DNA of 64,000 nt from Octopus bimaculoides (GCF_001194135.2 NC_068986.1:26858331-26922330), one strand, 5' to 3'. Shown: positions 11,844 to 24,794, counted from the first letter of the stretch. Notes: a model not told the origin generated them from the letters alone. A program made the numbers and translations.

Positions 11844-14504
11844 TGACTATTTATTTTATTTTTTTTGGCTGCAGGTGTCTGTCTGATGAGTGCATCAACC
11901 TTTTACTTTCTGCTTTGTTGTTTAGTCATGCATTCATTCGTATTAATTGTGTGTGTGCATGTGTGTAGGAGGCATGTAAATTAGTCCATCAGTTCTGTAT
12001 TCTAATGAAATGCTCCTCTTTTTCTTTTTTCTTTGTCCATAGCATGAAATTAAGAGTATGGAGCTGTTTGACTAATTGCTAGTGATGATACGACTGATGA
12101 TGGATTAATTTTATCGTATTCATTATTACAATTTTGTGAATATTCCAAATGATTTATTATAGCTGCTGCTGTTGTTGTTGTTGTTATTATTGTTGTTGTT
12201 AATATTAGTGTTATTAATTATTGGTATTTTGTAATATTTAGTTATCTCACATTTTCAGATTCTAAAATTGCATCAGGGAAGATTTTACCATTTTTTTCTT
12301 CTAGTATTTGTGAATTCAGTATCGGTAATATACTGTGGTTCATTCAATCAACTGCATCTTCTGCCAACATTTTTGGCCTTGAGCCAATGTTGGAAATCAT
12401 TATTTTTAATGCTGTAATAATTAATCTTGTTAGATTATTATGAGTATTGTGGTTGTTCATCATCATTGTTATTTAACGTCACTTTTCAATTCTTGTATGG
12501 GTCATACAGAATTTGTTTTCCATGTTCTGATGTCCTTCCTGTCATTAACCTTTGCTTGTTTCCCTGCAAGGTAATATTTTCCCATAACTAGACATGTTTT
12601 TCATGCAAGTCTGTAAACAAAAACCTGACAGTAATGCTCATTTGCAATCACTACATGATGTCATGACTAGGGTACACACAAACCGATATACATATATATA
12701 TATACAAAGAGCATCTTTCAGTTTCTGTCTGCCAAATCTACTCACAAAACTTTGTTCAGTTGGGGCTGTAATAGAAGATACTTGATTAAGATGCCATGTT
12801 GTGAGATTGAACTGGAGACTACATAGTTGAGAAGTAAACTTCTTTAAAACATGGCCATGTCGGCATCTATTCTTAGTTGATATTAATATTACTATTATTT
12901 GAATTATATTCCTATTTGCTTTGAGACCAAATTTTACTAGTGTCAACTTTTGTCTTTCATCATTCTGGTTTTGATAAAAATAAGTAGTGAGGTTGATTTA
13001 ATTAACTGTACTTTGTCCTCCCAAATATTTGTGTCTGGAGCTGGAAATTAAAAAAAAAAAAGACTTGTTTATTAGTTAGATGAGGAAGGGCAGCAGCTGT
13101 GATATTTTAAAGGGCCTTTGGAATTTGTAGGGAGTGGGTGGGTGGAGGAAAGAGAGGAAGAAACTATGCTTGTATGATGGAAATCCTTGTTTACAACCAT
13201 CATGCTATGTCAAGACAAGGACACACACACACACATACGCATGCACACACACGCATGTGCACACACACACACAGACACACGGGATTCTTTCAGTTTCCAT
13301 CTATTAAATTCACTTACAAGGCTTTGGTCAGGCCTGAAACTGTAGGAGAAAACATATTCTCAAGGTTCTATGCAGTGGGACTGAACCTGGAACTATATGG
13401 CTGTGAATCAAGTTTCTTACCACACAGCCACACTCTGAGAAAAAGCGAACGAATGAAAGTAAGAATGAGAGAATGGAAGAATGAACAAGAGAAAAGAAGA
13501 AATCAAGAGAAAAGGGAAGGAAGAGTAAATGGATAAAAGGAAGAATTTTTCTGTATGACTTTGAAAGTTTTTGAAATGATCAAAACTTTCATTATTGCTT
13601 TCCAACAGTGTACAGCATTGATGTTTTCTGGTAATATATGTATTACAGAAATTGTGGACTGAAAAACATTCTCCACAAATACAGTCTTGTAGTCACAAAC
13701 TTTGAGATAAAATCATTGCTTAAGAAAGTGTGAAAAGGACTAATAAAAACACCATATATACTGTGCTATAACTACTGTCAGTGGGTATGTACAATTTGTT
13801 TGGTGAATTAAATTATTTTATTTGATTCAACAATAATTAAATAAAATAATTATTTAATTAAGACGAAGAAGCTGTAATTTACTTACCAGAATAGTGCAAT
13901 CAAGTAGATGTGTAGTTGTGTATGTATGTGTGTGTGTGTTCATGTTTGTAGATACAATATCTCTGTCTGTCTATCTGTAAGATAAATTATGTAAAAATGT
14001 CTGGTTGCTCAGACACTAGAATCTTATTCTTTTGCTCTTGTCGGTACAATCTAGATAGATAGTCGAGTCTAGACAACTGGTTAACTAACACCCATCTCTC
14101 TGCTTTGCCACAACACTATGTATTCTAAGTATGAATGCCTTCAAGAACTTGTAAGAGAACCTCTATGCTAGGGATCGACCATTCTTTTGTAATAACCCAC
14201 CTGTGGATGTTTTTCTTTTCTTTTTTAACATTTCCCCCCATACCCCATATCTGTATTACAAGCATGGCTGTATGGTTAAGAAGATTGCTTTGCAACTACA
14301 TGTTTCTGGGTTCAGTCCCACACTGTGGGACTATGGGCAAATGTTTTTTTTTTTTATAACTATATCCCCACGCCTACCAATACCATGTGAGTGAATTTAG
14401 TAGCTGGAAACTGTGGAAGCCTGTTGTGTGTGGTTGTATTTGTTCCCCCTTGCTGTCTGATAACTAGTGTTGGTTTGTTTATGTCCTTGTAACTTAGCAG
14501 TTTA

Positions 14505-14805
14505 GCAGTCATGAGGTAGTTCAATTCCTGGACAGGGCTGTGTGTTGTGCTCTTGAGCAAGTCACTTTATTTTCATGTTGCTCCAGTTCACTCAGCTGTG
14601 AAAATGAGTTGTGATGTCACTGGTGCCAAGCTGCATCAGCCTTTGTCTTTCTCTTGGATAACACCAGTGGTGTAGAGAGGGAAGGCTGAAATGCATGGGC
14701 AACTGCTGTTTTCCATAAACAACCTTTCCTGGACTTGTGCCTCGCATGAGAACTTCTTAGGTGCATTCCTATGGTCATTCATGACCAAAGTGGGTCTTCA
14801 CACTT
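14505..14805 (+). mobile_element. SINE family C (tRNA-like head with B-box gttcaattcc)
   Basis: Shared body with 22790-23025 and with 6590-6915(-). Confidence 0.75.
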
Positions 14806-14817
14806 TACCTTTTATTT

Positions 14818-15021
14818 ATCATCATCATCATCGTTTAACGTCCGCTTTCCATGCTAGCATGGGTTGGACGATTTGACTGAGGACTGGTGAAACCGGATGG
14901 CAACACCAGGCTCCAGTCTGATTTGGCAGAGTTTCTACAGCTGGATGCCCTTCCTAACGCCAACCACTCAGAGAGTGTAGTGGGTGCTTTTACGTGTCAC
15001 CCGCACGAAAACGGCCACGCT
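14818..15021 (-). mobile_element. Young 5'-truncated RTE 3'-tail copy with (ATG)n tail
   Basis: atcatcatcgtttaacgtccgctttccatgctagcatgggttggacg...cggccacgct. CpGs intact; 2 differences from 62681-62806 over about 125 nt. Confidence 0.9.
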
Positions 15022-16623
15022 TTCGTGTATTTATATATATATATATACACACTTTCTTAAGCAATGATTTTATCTCAAAGTTTGTGACTACAAGACTGTA
15101 TTTGTGGAGAATGTTTTTCAGTCCACAATTTCTGTAATACATATATTACCAGAAAACATCAATGCTGTACACTGTTGGAAAGCAATAATNNNNNNNNNNC
15201 AATTTCTGTAATACATATATTACCAGAAAACATCAATGCTGTACACTGTTGGAAAGCAATAATGAAAGTTTTGTTATTTACACCACCTGTCCTCGTCTGT
15301 TGTTATTTTTTGTATATTCTCCCATATATATACACATACATACATGAATAAACCATAACCTCCCCAAAAATTGTGCATGTGTTTTGAGTATTAAAAAACA
15401 TGGTAGTGCTGCATCATGACAATAATTCTAATTGCTAAAATTGTTAAGGGAATCAGGAATAATGACCGACATTTGGTAACACTTGCCAGTTGCCAAGTCA
15501 GCAAAAAACGTAGAATTGTTTTGTTCAAAGACTATAAAATGCCACTTTTAGAGGTTTTAGCCATTGGACTGTGATCATGTAAGGGCTTTTCTTTCAGTGT
15601 TCTAGTTGATCATAACAGACCCCCCCCCCTTTTTTTTATCAATGTCTACTTACCAAATTACTAAGTTATGTATTTGAAATAAAGTTTCAAACTTATTGGA
15701 TTATTCAGATAAATGTAAATATGGAAAAATACATACACACACACACATGCAAACGATGTACTTCTACTCTGTATCCATCTATTAAATTCCTCTTTGAAGG
15801 TATTGGCCAATGCAAGGCTACAGTTGAAAATTCTTGCTCGAGGTATCACACAATGTATTCAAACTGGAACCCCTGTGGTTGTGAAGCAACTGCCTTATCC
15901 AAACAGCCGTACCTGTGAGGATGTTTGCCTATTGCAGCTAATATTTCTTGAATGTTTTGATAACTATTGCCAATAGCTAGGTAGCTAGGTGAACAAAGAG
16001 ATGTAGACATGAGAGTTCTGTCCAGAGATTCTATAAAATGCCTGCGGTAGATTTCAACTATAGATCTTAGCTGATGATACTCTAATACTTTATCTACTTA
16101 ACTCGATCACTTTCAGTATTGAATTGGAATTCTCTTACATAAGAACTGATGATAAATAGATGCAGATAACTTTTTTTTTTTATATTTGTTTGTGTGTCTG
16201 TGGAAATATATCTGATAACACAGTTCTTCGGCTTTATTCTTAGTTTCATTACAATTTTCCTGTAACCACTTCCATTTATCTGAAAGAACATTAAACTATA
16301 TAGTTAAAAGGTTAAAATATAAACTCAAGTGGCTTGGGAAATGTTTAAAAGCACTGTATGTTTTTCAGGTTTAAATTGAAAACCTCTCTGTCAATGTATT
16401 GTTAGAATCTCCCTTAGTGAATGCCGGTACTGAGATAATTTCTTGGCTAATCGAGTCCACCAGTCTAGTTTATAAATTTCTCAGCTGAATTTGTTTTCAA
16501 TTACTGTATTTGATGGCATATAAGACACACTATTTTTCCCCACAAAAAAATATGCCTTAAAACATCCTATATGCGAAGTTGATCCTGTATGTAAAGGTTG
16601 TCCCAATATTTATATGCCGCCAT

Positions 16624-16835
16624 AAGGTGGTGAACTGGCAGAATTGTTAGCACATTGGGCAAAATATTTGGCACTATATCATCTGGTTTTACATCATGAG
16701 TTCAAATTTCACCTAGGTTGACTTTGGATTTCATGCTTTTGGGGGTCAATAAAATAAGTACCAGTTGAGTACTGGGGTTGATTTGACTTACCCCCTCCCT
16801 AAATTTGCTAGCCTTGTGCCAAAATTTGAAACCAC
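16624..16835 (+). mobile_element. tRNA-derived SINE family B (Meta/MESC-like core)
   Basis: Head aaggtggtgaactggcagaa, B-box gagttcaaatt, core gttgactttg...tcaataaaataagtaccagt. Superfamily assignment is from memory. Confidence 0.8.
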
Positions 16836-18272
16836 TATTATATGCTTTAATGCATGATAATTTTTTTTCCCCTGAATATTCACTGAAATGTCTTTAAAAA
16901 AAGATGAAAATTATAATTCATCATTAGAATAATAATAATAATAATAATAATCATCATCATCATCCCTATCATCATCATCATTGTCATCCCTATCAAGTAA
17001 CTACTTGAAGTTACTTAATAGTGATGCATTATTTAAGAAATACTTAAAGCATTATTTCACAAATACAGTTAATTAATTTCTAATTGGAGTAAAAAAAAAA
17101 GAAGAAGAAAAAAGAGTAATTTTATTAACAAGATGTATTATGGATATTATATTGTAAGCTATAAATCATTTTCATTAGCATTGCTGATCTCCAAATTTGT
17201 GAAGCAGACTTAAACATTATTTTTGCATTCATGTTTCTCTTTATTTATTCCTTCATTTATTAGTATTTTTTCTTCTCTGCGTCTCATGAAACTGGGTTAA
17301 TGTTCCTAGACATTAGCCAGATTTTTGGTACTCAACAAACTGAGGAGATCTGAAGATATTTGTGTAATGTAATTTGTAAGGCCACTTGAAAACTAGAAAA
17401 CACTACAAGTATTCTAAGTGGTGGAAATGACTTATTATTGTTCTCAAAGACTTAGCGGTTGTAGCTGGTTTTTCGTTAATCATTTATTTAATTTGTGTTG
17501 CTGGCATCTCAGAAATTTAAGCAGCAAAAATTAAAAATTACAAATATTCTCTTCTAATTACAAATATTATTTATTTTTTTTTGTCCTTTTATAAAAGGAA
17601 TTTGTTTTGGAATTTTAATTTTGTTTAATTTTGCATTCATTCAATCAATTTATTTATTTCTCACCACTTACTGCAGACTTTGTTTATAGGACATTGTTTT
17701 TGAATATCATTATCAATTTACTTTTAGAAAATACTTTTTTTTTTTTTTGTACGAGTGCTTACAAACGTTCATGTATTTCTTTTCACCACAAAACATGGCT
17801 TTTAAATCTCTCCACTCAACCACTACAGTATTCTTTTAACCTATCTTAACATCAACTTCAGTACAATAAAAACCCCCACTAATAACACAAAATAAAATCT
17901 TTACTTCACAAGATTAAAACTAACAGTTCTACCCTACAAATCATAACGCACCACACTATGTACATAGAAACAACACCAAAGAACAACCACTTCATATCAT
18001 ACATCACTTCTTAATGATGTTACCCACTCCACATATATACAATAATGCTTCTTGTCTTTCACCTATTCTCCCCTCACCTCTTCCTTCATCCCACTACTAT
18101 TGTTGTCATAATTTTAGTGTCTTTGTTTTCATTCTATGCTAATGTTTTCAATTGGTCTGCTGCACAGAACATTGTCAACGGTTTTGGTCTTTCATCGTCT
18201 CCTCTGTGAAGACCATTATGCTAAGATCTGATTTTACTACTACTTGTAATTTCCAGTCTTCATCATCTATGG

Positions 18273-18524
18273 CAGTGGATTTCAACCACATTTTGTCCTT
18301 GAACCCTTTTGATTTCTATTTTACTCAGGTGGATCCCAATAGCCATTCAATATTTAAAAAATATTTTAGGAGTGGCTGTGTGGAAAGTAGCTTGCTTACC
18401 AACCACATGGTTCCGGGTTCAGTCCCACTGTGTGGCACCTTGAGCAAGTCTCTTCTACTATAGCCTCGGGCCGACCAAAGCCTTGTGAGTGGATTTGGTA
18501 GACGGAAACTGAAAGAAGCCCGTC

Positions 18525-18572
<48 letters not shown>

Positions 18573-18930
18573 ATGTGCGTGTTTGTGTGTCTGTGTTTGT
18601 CCCCCCCAACATCGCTTGACAACCGATGCTGGTGTGTTTATGTCCCCGTAACTTAGCGGTTCGGCAAAAAGTGACCGATAGAATAAGTACTAGGCTTCCA
18701 AAGAATAAGTCCTGGGGTCGATTTGCTTGACTAAAAGCGGTGCTCCAGCATGGCCGCAGTCAAATGACTGAAACAAGTAAAAGAGTAAAAGAGAATCAGA
18801 ATTGTATAAAAAAATTGTTACAATATTTTGTGCATTGTGGAAGTGTAATCAATTTAATACACATAATTTTTGACAACAAGATCTTATATGGATCCTCAAA
18901 GGTCATGTGGACCCTGGTTGAGAACCACTG
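18273..18930. mobile_element. hAT-type MITE interrupted by a SINE
   Basis: TIRs cagtggatttcaacc / ggttgagaaccactg. 8-bp flanks atctatgg (18265-18272) and atctatga (18931-18938) match 7/8, as expected for a hAT TSD. Confidence 0.8.
18368..18793 (+). mobile_element. Young full-length family A SINE with internal (TA)n(TG)n
   Basis: aggagtggctgtgtgg (A-box-like), ggttcagtccc (B-box-like), CpGs retained, tail aagtaaaagagtaaaagag. Confidence 0.93.
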
Positions 18931-19525
18931 ATCTATGATTAGCCTCTACTAACAATGTATATTACTTTTTCATCTAACACTCATCATCCATTAGCATCAT
19001 GAGGTCTGTGCTAATAAGCTTCTTATAACAAAATGATACACCATAATTGATTCCTATTGATTCAGTGATGTTCTTGGGAATTAATCTTTTAAGTAAACAT
19101 GTTTTGTTTCTATCCTTTAAACATTGTTAATTTGCTATTTTCGTCTAAGATTTTCCAGGCACAAGCATAACTGTGTGTAGTTGAGATGTTTGCTTCCCAG
19201 CCAAATGGGCAACAGTTTTGACAACTATGGCCCTGGGCAGGCTAAAGCTTTGTTAGTGGATTTGGTAGATGGATGGTTGTCATATATATATATATTGGAG
19301 CAGAATAAAACAGTAAATTTGTGAAACTTTTTATTATGCTTATGTGCATGTGTGCACTTGGCTCTTCACATTCCTCAGGCCATTGGTTCTATGAAAAGGT
19401 AGATGAGATGACCACCATCATTCTTCAGTGAAATCACAGCGAATGGTGGCTAGGATTCCTTCTATCACAGATTGGTCTATCCTATTTTATTTTAGTGATG
19501 GGGAGAAAATCTCCTTGTTTATATA

Positions 19526-19612
<87 letters not shown>

Positions 19613-20942
19613 AGGCTTGTCCAAAAGTCAACTGACAGTAAATCAAAACCATTTAATTCCAAGAATTATTTATGTTTACCAACTGAATGAATTTAATAAA
19701 AGCATCTAAATATGAAACCTCATAAAAATTTATAAATATCACAAGTTGTCAAGACAGGGAAACATAAACACACACACTCACACATACATATGTATGCACG
19801 CGCACACACACACACACACACACACGTCTTTCAGTTTCTGTCTACCAAATTCACTTCCAAGGCTCTTGTTGGCCTCGGGCTATAGTAGAAGACACATTGC
19901 TCTAGATATCACGCAGTGGGACTGAACCTGAAACCATGTGGTCAAGAAACAAACGTCTTCACCATACCGCTATGACTGTGCCTATATGACCAAACCTGGG
20001 TTGAATACAGTTTCTGTCTACCAAATTCGTTCATAAGACATTGGTTGGCCCAAGATATTTTGCTCAAGGTACTGCTCAATAAGGCTGAATTCAAAACCTC
20101 ATAGTTATGAAATAAACTTCTTTACCACAAATCTATACTTTTGTAGGTCATAATAAAAACAAGCTATCAAGAAGGTTGGAGAGGGTTTTAGTCTAGCTTA
20201 ATATTTTATTACAGTGACCCAAGGGTTCTCATATTTTTAGCAGTATATAATGAAACTTGAACCTCTGAAACACTATAATGTAACGAGTGTGCTTTTTAAT
20301 TAAAATAACGTAAATGTAGTTTTAAGTGAGACGTGATTATTACTAGCTACTCGACATTTAATACTAGTTTGGAAAGAAAGATTTGGGTGGCAATTTTCTG
20401 AAGTGCCATTATCTGGTATGAGATCATCGTGAGAATAGAAATAGACCAAGAAGGTGTGATGTAGATAAAATAGAATGATTTCCTCAAGAATTCTCTTTGA
20501 GAACTGAATGAGGCAAGACCTATATTTAGGTTTAAAAGTGTAATTTCGGGAAATGGCTATAAATACTCATGAGAAATACTTGAGACAACCAAATACAGAA
20601 TTGTTGAATGAATTAATTTGGAGATGACTACTTAATGGCAAATATTGTGTGGCTGCTTTTTTTTTTTTTTTATAATCTTTATTTTACTCCCCCCCTCCTT
20701 TTTTTTAATGGTCATTTTATATATTGCAGCATCAACTTACTATTTCTATCTTTTGTAGTTTTTGTATCAGTGAAAGATTCTGTTTTTTTTCTTTTNNNNN
20801 NNNNNNNNNNNNNNNNNNNNNNNNNNNNNNNNNNNNNNNNNNNNNNNNNNNNNNNNNNNNNNNNNNNNNNNNNNNNNNNNNNNNNNNNNNNTTTTTTTTT
20901 TTTTTTTTTTGGTGATGATTTCTATCTTCTCAATTGTTATAG

Positions 20943-21021
20943 AGTTCACAGTCTTTATGGTGCCGGCTGTCAGTGTTGCTGAATTTCCTGCCACTTGAAA
21001 CCGATTTGCCTGTTGACAGAG
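20943..21021 (+). CDS. SMG5: SMG5 coding exon (phase 0 to 1), SSQSLWCRLSVLLNFLPLETDLPVDR
   Basis: Acceptor caattgttatAG, donor G|GTAAGC at 21022. Near-identical to SMG5 SSQSLWNRLSVLLNLLP (human, from memory) and directly continues CAQ. Too short for the ORF track. Confidence 0.93.
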
Positions 21022-21074
21022 GTAAGCTAATATTTTTGTTGGACAGATTCCTGTAATTGAAGAACAACAGGGTG

Positions 21075-21115
<41 letters not shown>

Positions 21116-21655
21116 TGAGAGGGTGGGAGGACAGAAGTGGTCGGAGGGGGGGGTGCATTTGAAGCCTCCATCAGAATTTACCAAAGATTTAGTTATCTTC
21201 TGTTTCAATGCTTTAGTCCCCAAGTGTCATGTAAGTTTGACTGTTCTACTTGAAACCTCTTTTAAGAGTCTGGTTTAATTTATATTTTTATCTTGTATGA
21301 TATTTTTATGTTGGAAGATATAACTAATACAACAATGATCAACAGCTGCTAATCAACTTATCCTGGTGTAGAAAATAGATATAAAACTGGTGAAGTATGT
21401 GGTCTTTGGTGATGGCAATGTTTTATTGCTTACCTTTTAATTGTCTGATCATCTTCTTTCTGACCTTTGCTAGGAAGAAAGGACTGAAATATAAGTGGTA
21501 ATGAATCTATTGCTAAAATATATCTTTAGATGATCCTCCTCAGTTCTTCAACAATAAAAATAATTTCTAAAATTTTACAAGAACCCTATAATGTCAGTAA
21601 TGCTTATGAAGAATATCAGCTATATATATATATATATATATATCTATAATATACA

Positions 21656-22545
21656 CAGTGTGTCCCAAAAGTCACTGATGGGTTTTAATTTTTAGTAACT
21701 TCCTTAACTTTACAAATAAATGCATGAAATTTTCATACAATATAAAGGACATAATGGAAATTAATATGCACTTGTCAAATTTTGCAACACCACTACATCA
21801 CATATGAAAAATGATATCGCTTAAATGGCAGCCATTTTCTGCTTCACATGCCAGTGCTCTTTCCAAAACTTGCACCATAACACCCTCAAGAGTTTCAGAC
21901 CCCACTTCTCTGATATCTCTATTGATGTTCTCCTTCAGTTGTACCAGGGTCTCTGGTTTGTTGATGTAAACCCTCTCTTTCAGGTTTCCCCACAAGAAAA
22001 AAAAATCTAGGTTAGTCAAGTCTGGGGAATGTGAAGGCCAGTTAACCTTGGCATAGTGGGAGATTATTCTCTCTCCAAAGCACTGCCGTAGCAACTGCAT
22101 TGTTTCTCATGTGGTATGAGCAGTTGCTCCATTTTGCTGGAACCATGTGTGAGGTCTACTTTGAATGGCCTTCACATTCTCCAGACTTGACTAGCCTGGA
22201 TTTTTTCTTGTAGGGATACCTGAAAGAGAGGATTTATGTCGACAAACCGGAGACCCTGATGCAACTGAAGGAAAACATCCAAAGAGAAATCAGAAAAGTG
22301 GGGTCTGAAATTCTTGAGTGTGCTATGATGCAAGTTTTGGAAAGAACACAGGCATGTATAGCCGAAAATGGCTGCCATTTAAGCGGTCATTTTTCATATG
22401 TGATGCAGTGGTGTTGCAAAATTTGACTTGTGTATATTAATTTCCATTACGTCCTTTATATCGTATGAAAATTTCATGCATTTATTTGTAAAGTTAAGGA
22501 AGTTATTAAAAATTGAAACCCATCAGTGACTTTTGGAACACACTG
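21656..22545. mobile_element. Foldback Tc1/mariner derivative (DD41D, rosa-like) made of two inverted 3' halves
   Basis: TIR cagtgtgt(c/t)ccaaaagtcac at both ends; TA on the right flank. Arms 21656-22040 and 22166-22545 are reverse complements. Minus strand reads WFQQNGATAHTT*...WPSHSPDLTNLDFFFLWG, with 41 residues between the 2nd and 3rd catalytic positions. Confidence 0.88.
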
Positions 22546-22789
22546 TATAAAAGACAGTATAACTGGAAACACAACCATTGATTTACAATATACAAAGTGG
22601 GTTCCTAGGTTTGGCTTTGGGTAAAAGAAAATACAGGAGGATCAGTTAATTTTATTTAACTTTTCAGTCCCCCTTCCTCTGTAGAATGGCGATGAACTAT
22701 AACATCAGACCCTGCCACCGGAATATGTGGAGTCTTTTACTAATCTAGACAATATTTTTAGTCTGCTGTATTAAGAGAGAGCTTATAAA

Positions 22790-23025
22790 GTATTTTGCCT
22801 GGGTTGATAAACCCTTTCAGCTGTAGAAATGAGTTGCGACGTCACTGGTGCCAAGCTGTATCGGCCTTTGCCTTTCCCTTGGATAACATCGGTGGCATGG
22901 AGAGGGGAGGCTGGTATGCATGGGTGACTGCTGGTCTTCCATAAACAACCTTGCTCAGAATTGTGCCTTGGAGGGTAACTTTCTAGGTGCTGTTCCATGG
23001 TCATTTGTAACTGAAGGAGGTCCCT
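22790..23025 (+). mobile_element. SINE family C, 3' part
   Basis: gagttgcgacgtcactggtgccaagctgtatcggcctttgcc...; homologous to 14505-14805. Confidence 0.75.
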
Positions 23026-23032
23026 TTATATA

Positions 23033-23240
23033 TATCACCAGCATTGTTTAACGTCTGCTTTCCATGCTAGCATGGGTTGGACAATTTGACTGAGGACTGG
23101 CGAACCAGATGTCTGCACCAGGCTTCAATCTGATCTGGCAGAGTTTCTACAGCTGGATGCCCTTCCTAATGCCAACTACTCCGGGAGTGTAGTGGGTGCT
23201 TTTACGTGCCACTGGCATGAGGGCCAGTCAGGCGGTACTG
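23033..23240 (-). mobile_element. RTE 3'-tail copy
   Basis: gtttaacgtctgctttccatgctagcatggg...gggccagtcaggcggtactg. Confidence 0.88.
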
Positions 23241-23249
23241 AAATGACTG

Positions 23250-23671
23250 AAACAAATAAAAGAATAATACGATAATGAACTTGTTGTATCCAGTGCTCAG
23301 GTACATTACAACTCACCAGAAAAAGTAACCAAAACTGCATGAACAATAGATAGAATGTGCACAAGCAGTGAATAGTGAAAAAGTCTAAAAAAAAAAATGG
23401 GGTGGGAAGAAGAAGAAATGGGTGTAGAAAGGTGTAGTGTTGGCGAATTTCAGGAAGCATGGAAGTGCTGAAGGATGTAGTGTCTCGACAGCTAACACCT
23501 GATGCAGGTAGTTTATTCCATGCTTCAACAATTCTGAGCATGACAAAATGTTTCTGAAAGTTATGGGGGCTGTGTTGTTTTTTGATTTTGTAACCATATC
23601 CATGAGTGTTAGACATATGAAATTCAAAAAGGCGCTCAAAGTTGTTGTTGGAAAGATAGTAGATAATCTTG
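23250..23671 (-). mobile_element. CR1/L2-type LINE 3' end remnant
   Basis: Minus translation NTHGYGYKIKKQHSPHNFQKHFVMLRIVEAWNKLPASGVSC matches the CR1 RT C-terminal pattern TRGHxYKL...RKHFFSxRVVxxWNxLP. Confidence 0.8.
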
Positions 23672-23986
23672 CAGGTGTCTACCAAGCTTCGTAGAGATCG
23701 TTGCCAGTGCCCCTGGATTGGCTCTTGTGCGGGTAGCACATAAAATACACCATTTTGAGCGTGGCCGTTGCCTGTACCGCCTGACTGGGCTTCGTGCGGG
23801 TGACACATAAAAGCACCCACTACACTCTCTGAGTGGTTGGCGTTAGGAAGGGCATCCAGCTGTAGAAACTCTGCCAAATCAGATTGGAGCCTGGTGTAGC
23901 CATCTGGTTTCACCAGTCCTCAGTCAAATCGTCCAACCCATGCTAGCATGGAAGGTGGACGTTAAACGACGATGATGATGATGATG
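23672..23986 (+). mobile_element. Young RTE 3'-tail copy (longest in window) ending in (GAT)n
   Basis: ...gtccaacccatgctagcatggaaggtggacgttaaacgacgatgatgatg. Confidence 0.9.
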
Positions 23987-24763
23987 TCCAGGTAAGCAAG
24001 ATATTCATCATCATCATCATCATACCTCTTTTTTTTTCCATGCTGGCATGGGTTAGACAGTCTGACAACAATAGATGAGCCAGAAAGCTGTGCCAGGTTC
24101 TGTGTCTACTTTGGTATGGCTCCCCTTTCTCAAAATAATTATAGTAACTACTGTTCCTAACATAGGCTAAAGGCCTTAATTTCAGGAAAAAGATATAATC
24201 AAATATAGTAACCTCAGTACATTACTGGTACTTTATTTTATTGACCCTTGCCCCCTTCCATGAAAGAATGTAAAGAAAAGTTGACGTCAGTAGGATTTGA
24301 ACTCATGAAATATCGACTCAGAACAAAACATACTGCAAGGCAATTTTTCTGACATTCTTACGATCCCATAGTAACGCAGTGTTAAATTGATAGAATGTTG
24401 TATGACTAGCTTCAATTGTTCCCTTCCTTTGTTGTGATTCTCAACTGATAGACTTAATTCAAGTGTAATATACACCCCTCCTCCATTTTTTCTATTTTCT
24501 TTATTTTTCTTTTATTGTTATGAATTATAATATATCTTTTCAACTATGAAACTATTCTTACAATTGAACTGCATGGTGCACCAGTGAACATAATTTGCGT
24601 GTTTTGTTAAAACATTTTATTTACCGATCTAAATAATATTCATTCTTAATAAAATTGCTCTTTGGCTTTCAAATGTATTGTATAATAGATAATTAACAAG
24701 ATGTTCATTCCTTCAACTAAAATGTTGTTGGAAGAAGTTATTTCTTTTAGTGTATGTTTTATA

Positions 24764-24794
<31 letters not shown>

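Noticed and set aside
12082-12100. GTGATGA (C-box-like) and CTGA (D-box-like) motifs
   Set aside because: Only a few nt apart, with no downstream D box at snoRNA spacing and no terminal stem.
18368-18440. tRNA-like A/B boxes at SINE heads (also 16624, 46673, 49241)
   Set aside because: No complete cloverleaf; they continue into SINE bodies, so they are not tRNA genes.
23176-23913. 245-aa minus-strand ORF
   Set aside because: Chance in-frame join of an RTE 3' UTR copy and a CR1 remnant. No splice or expression evidence for a chimeric gene.
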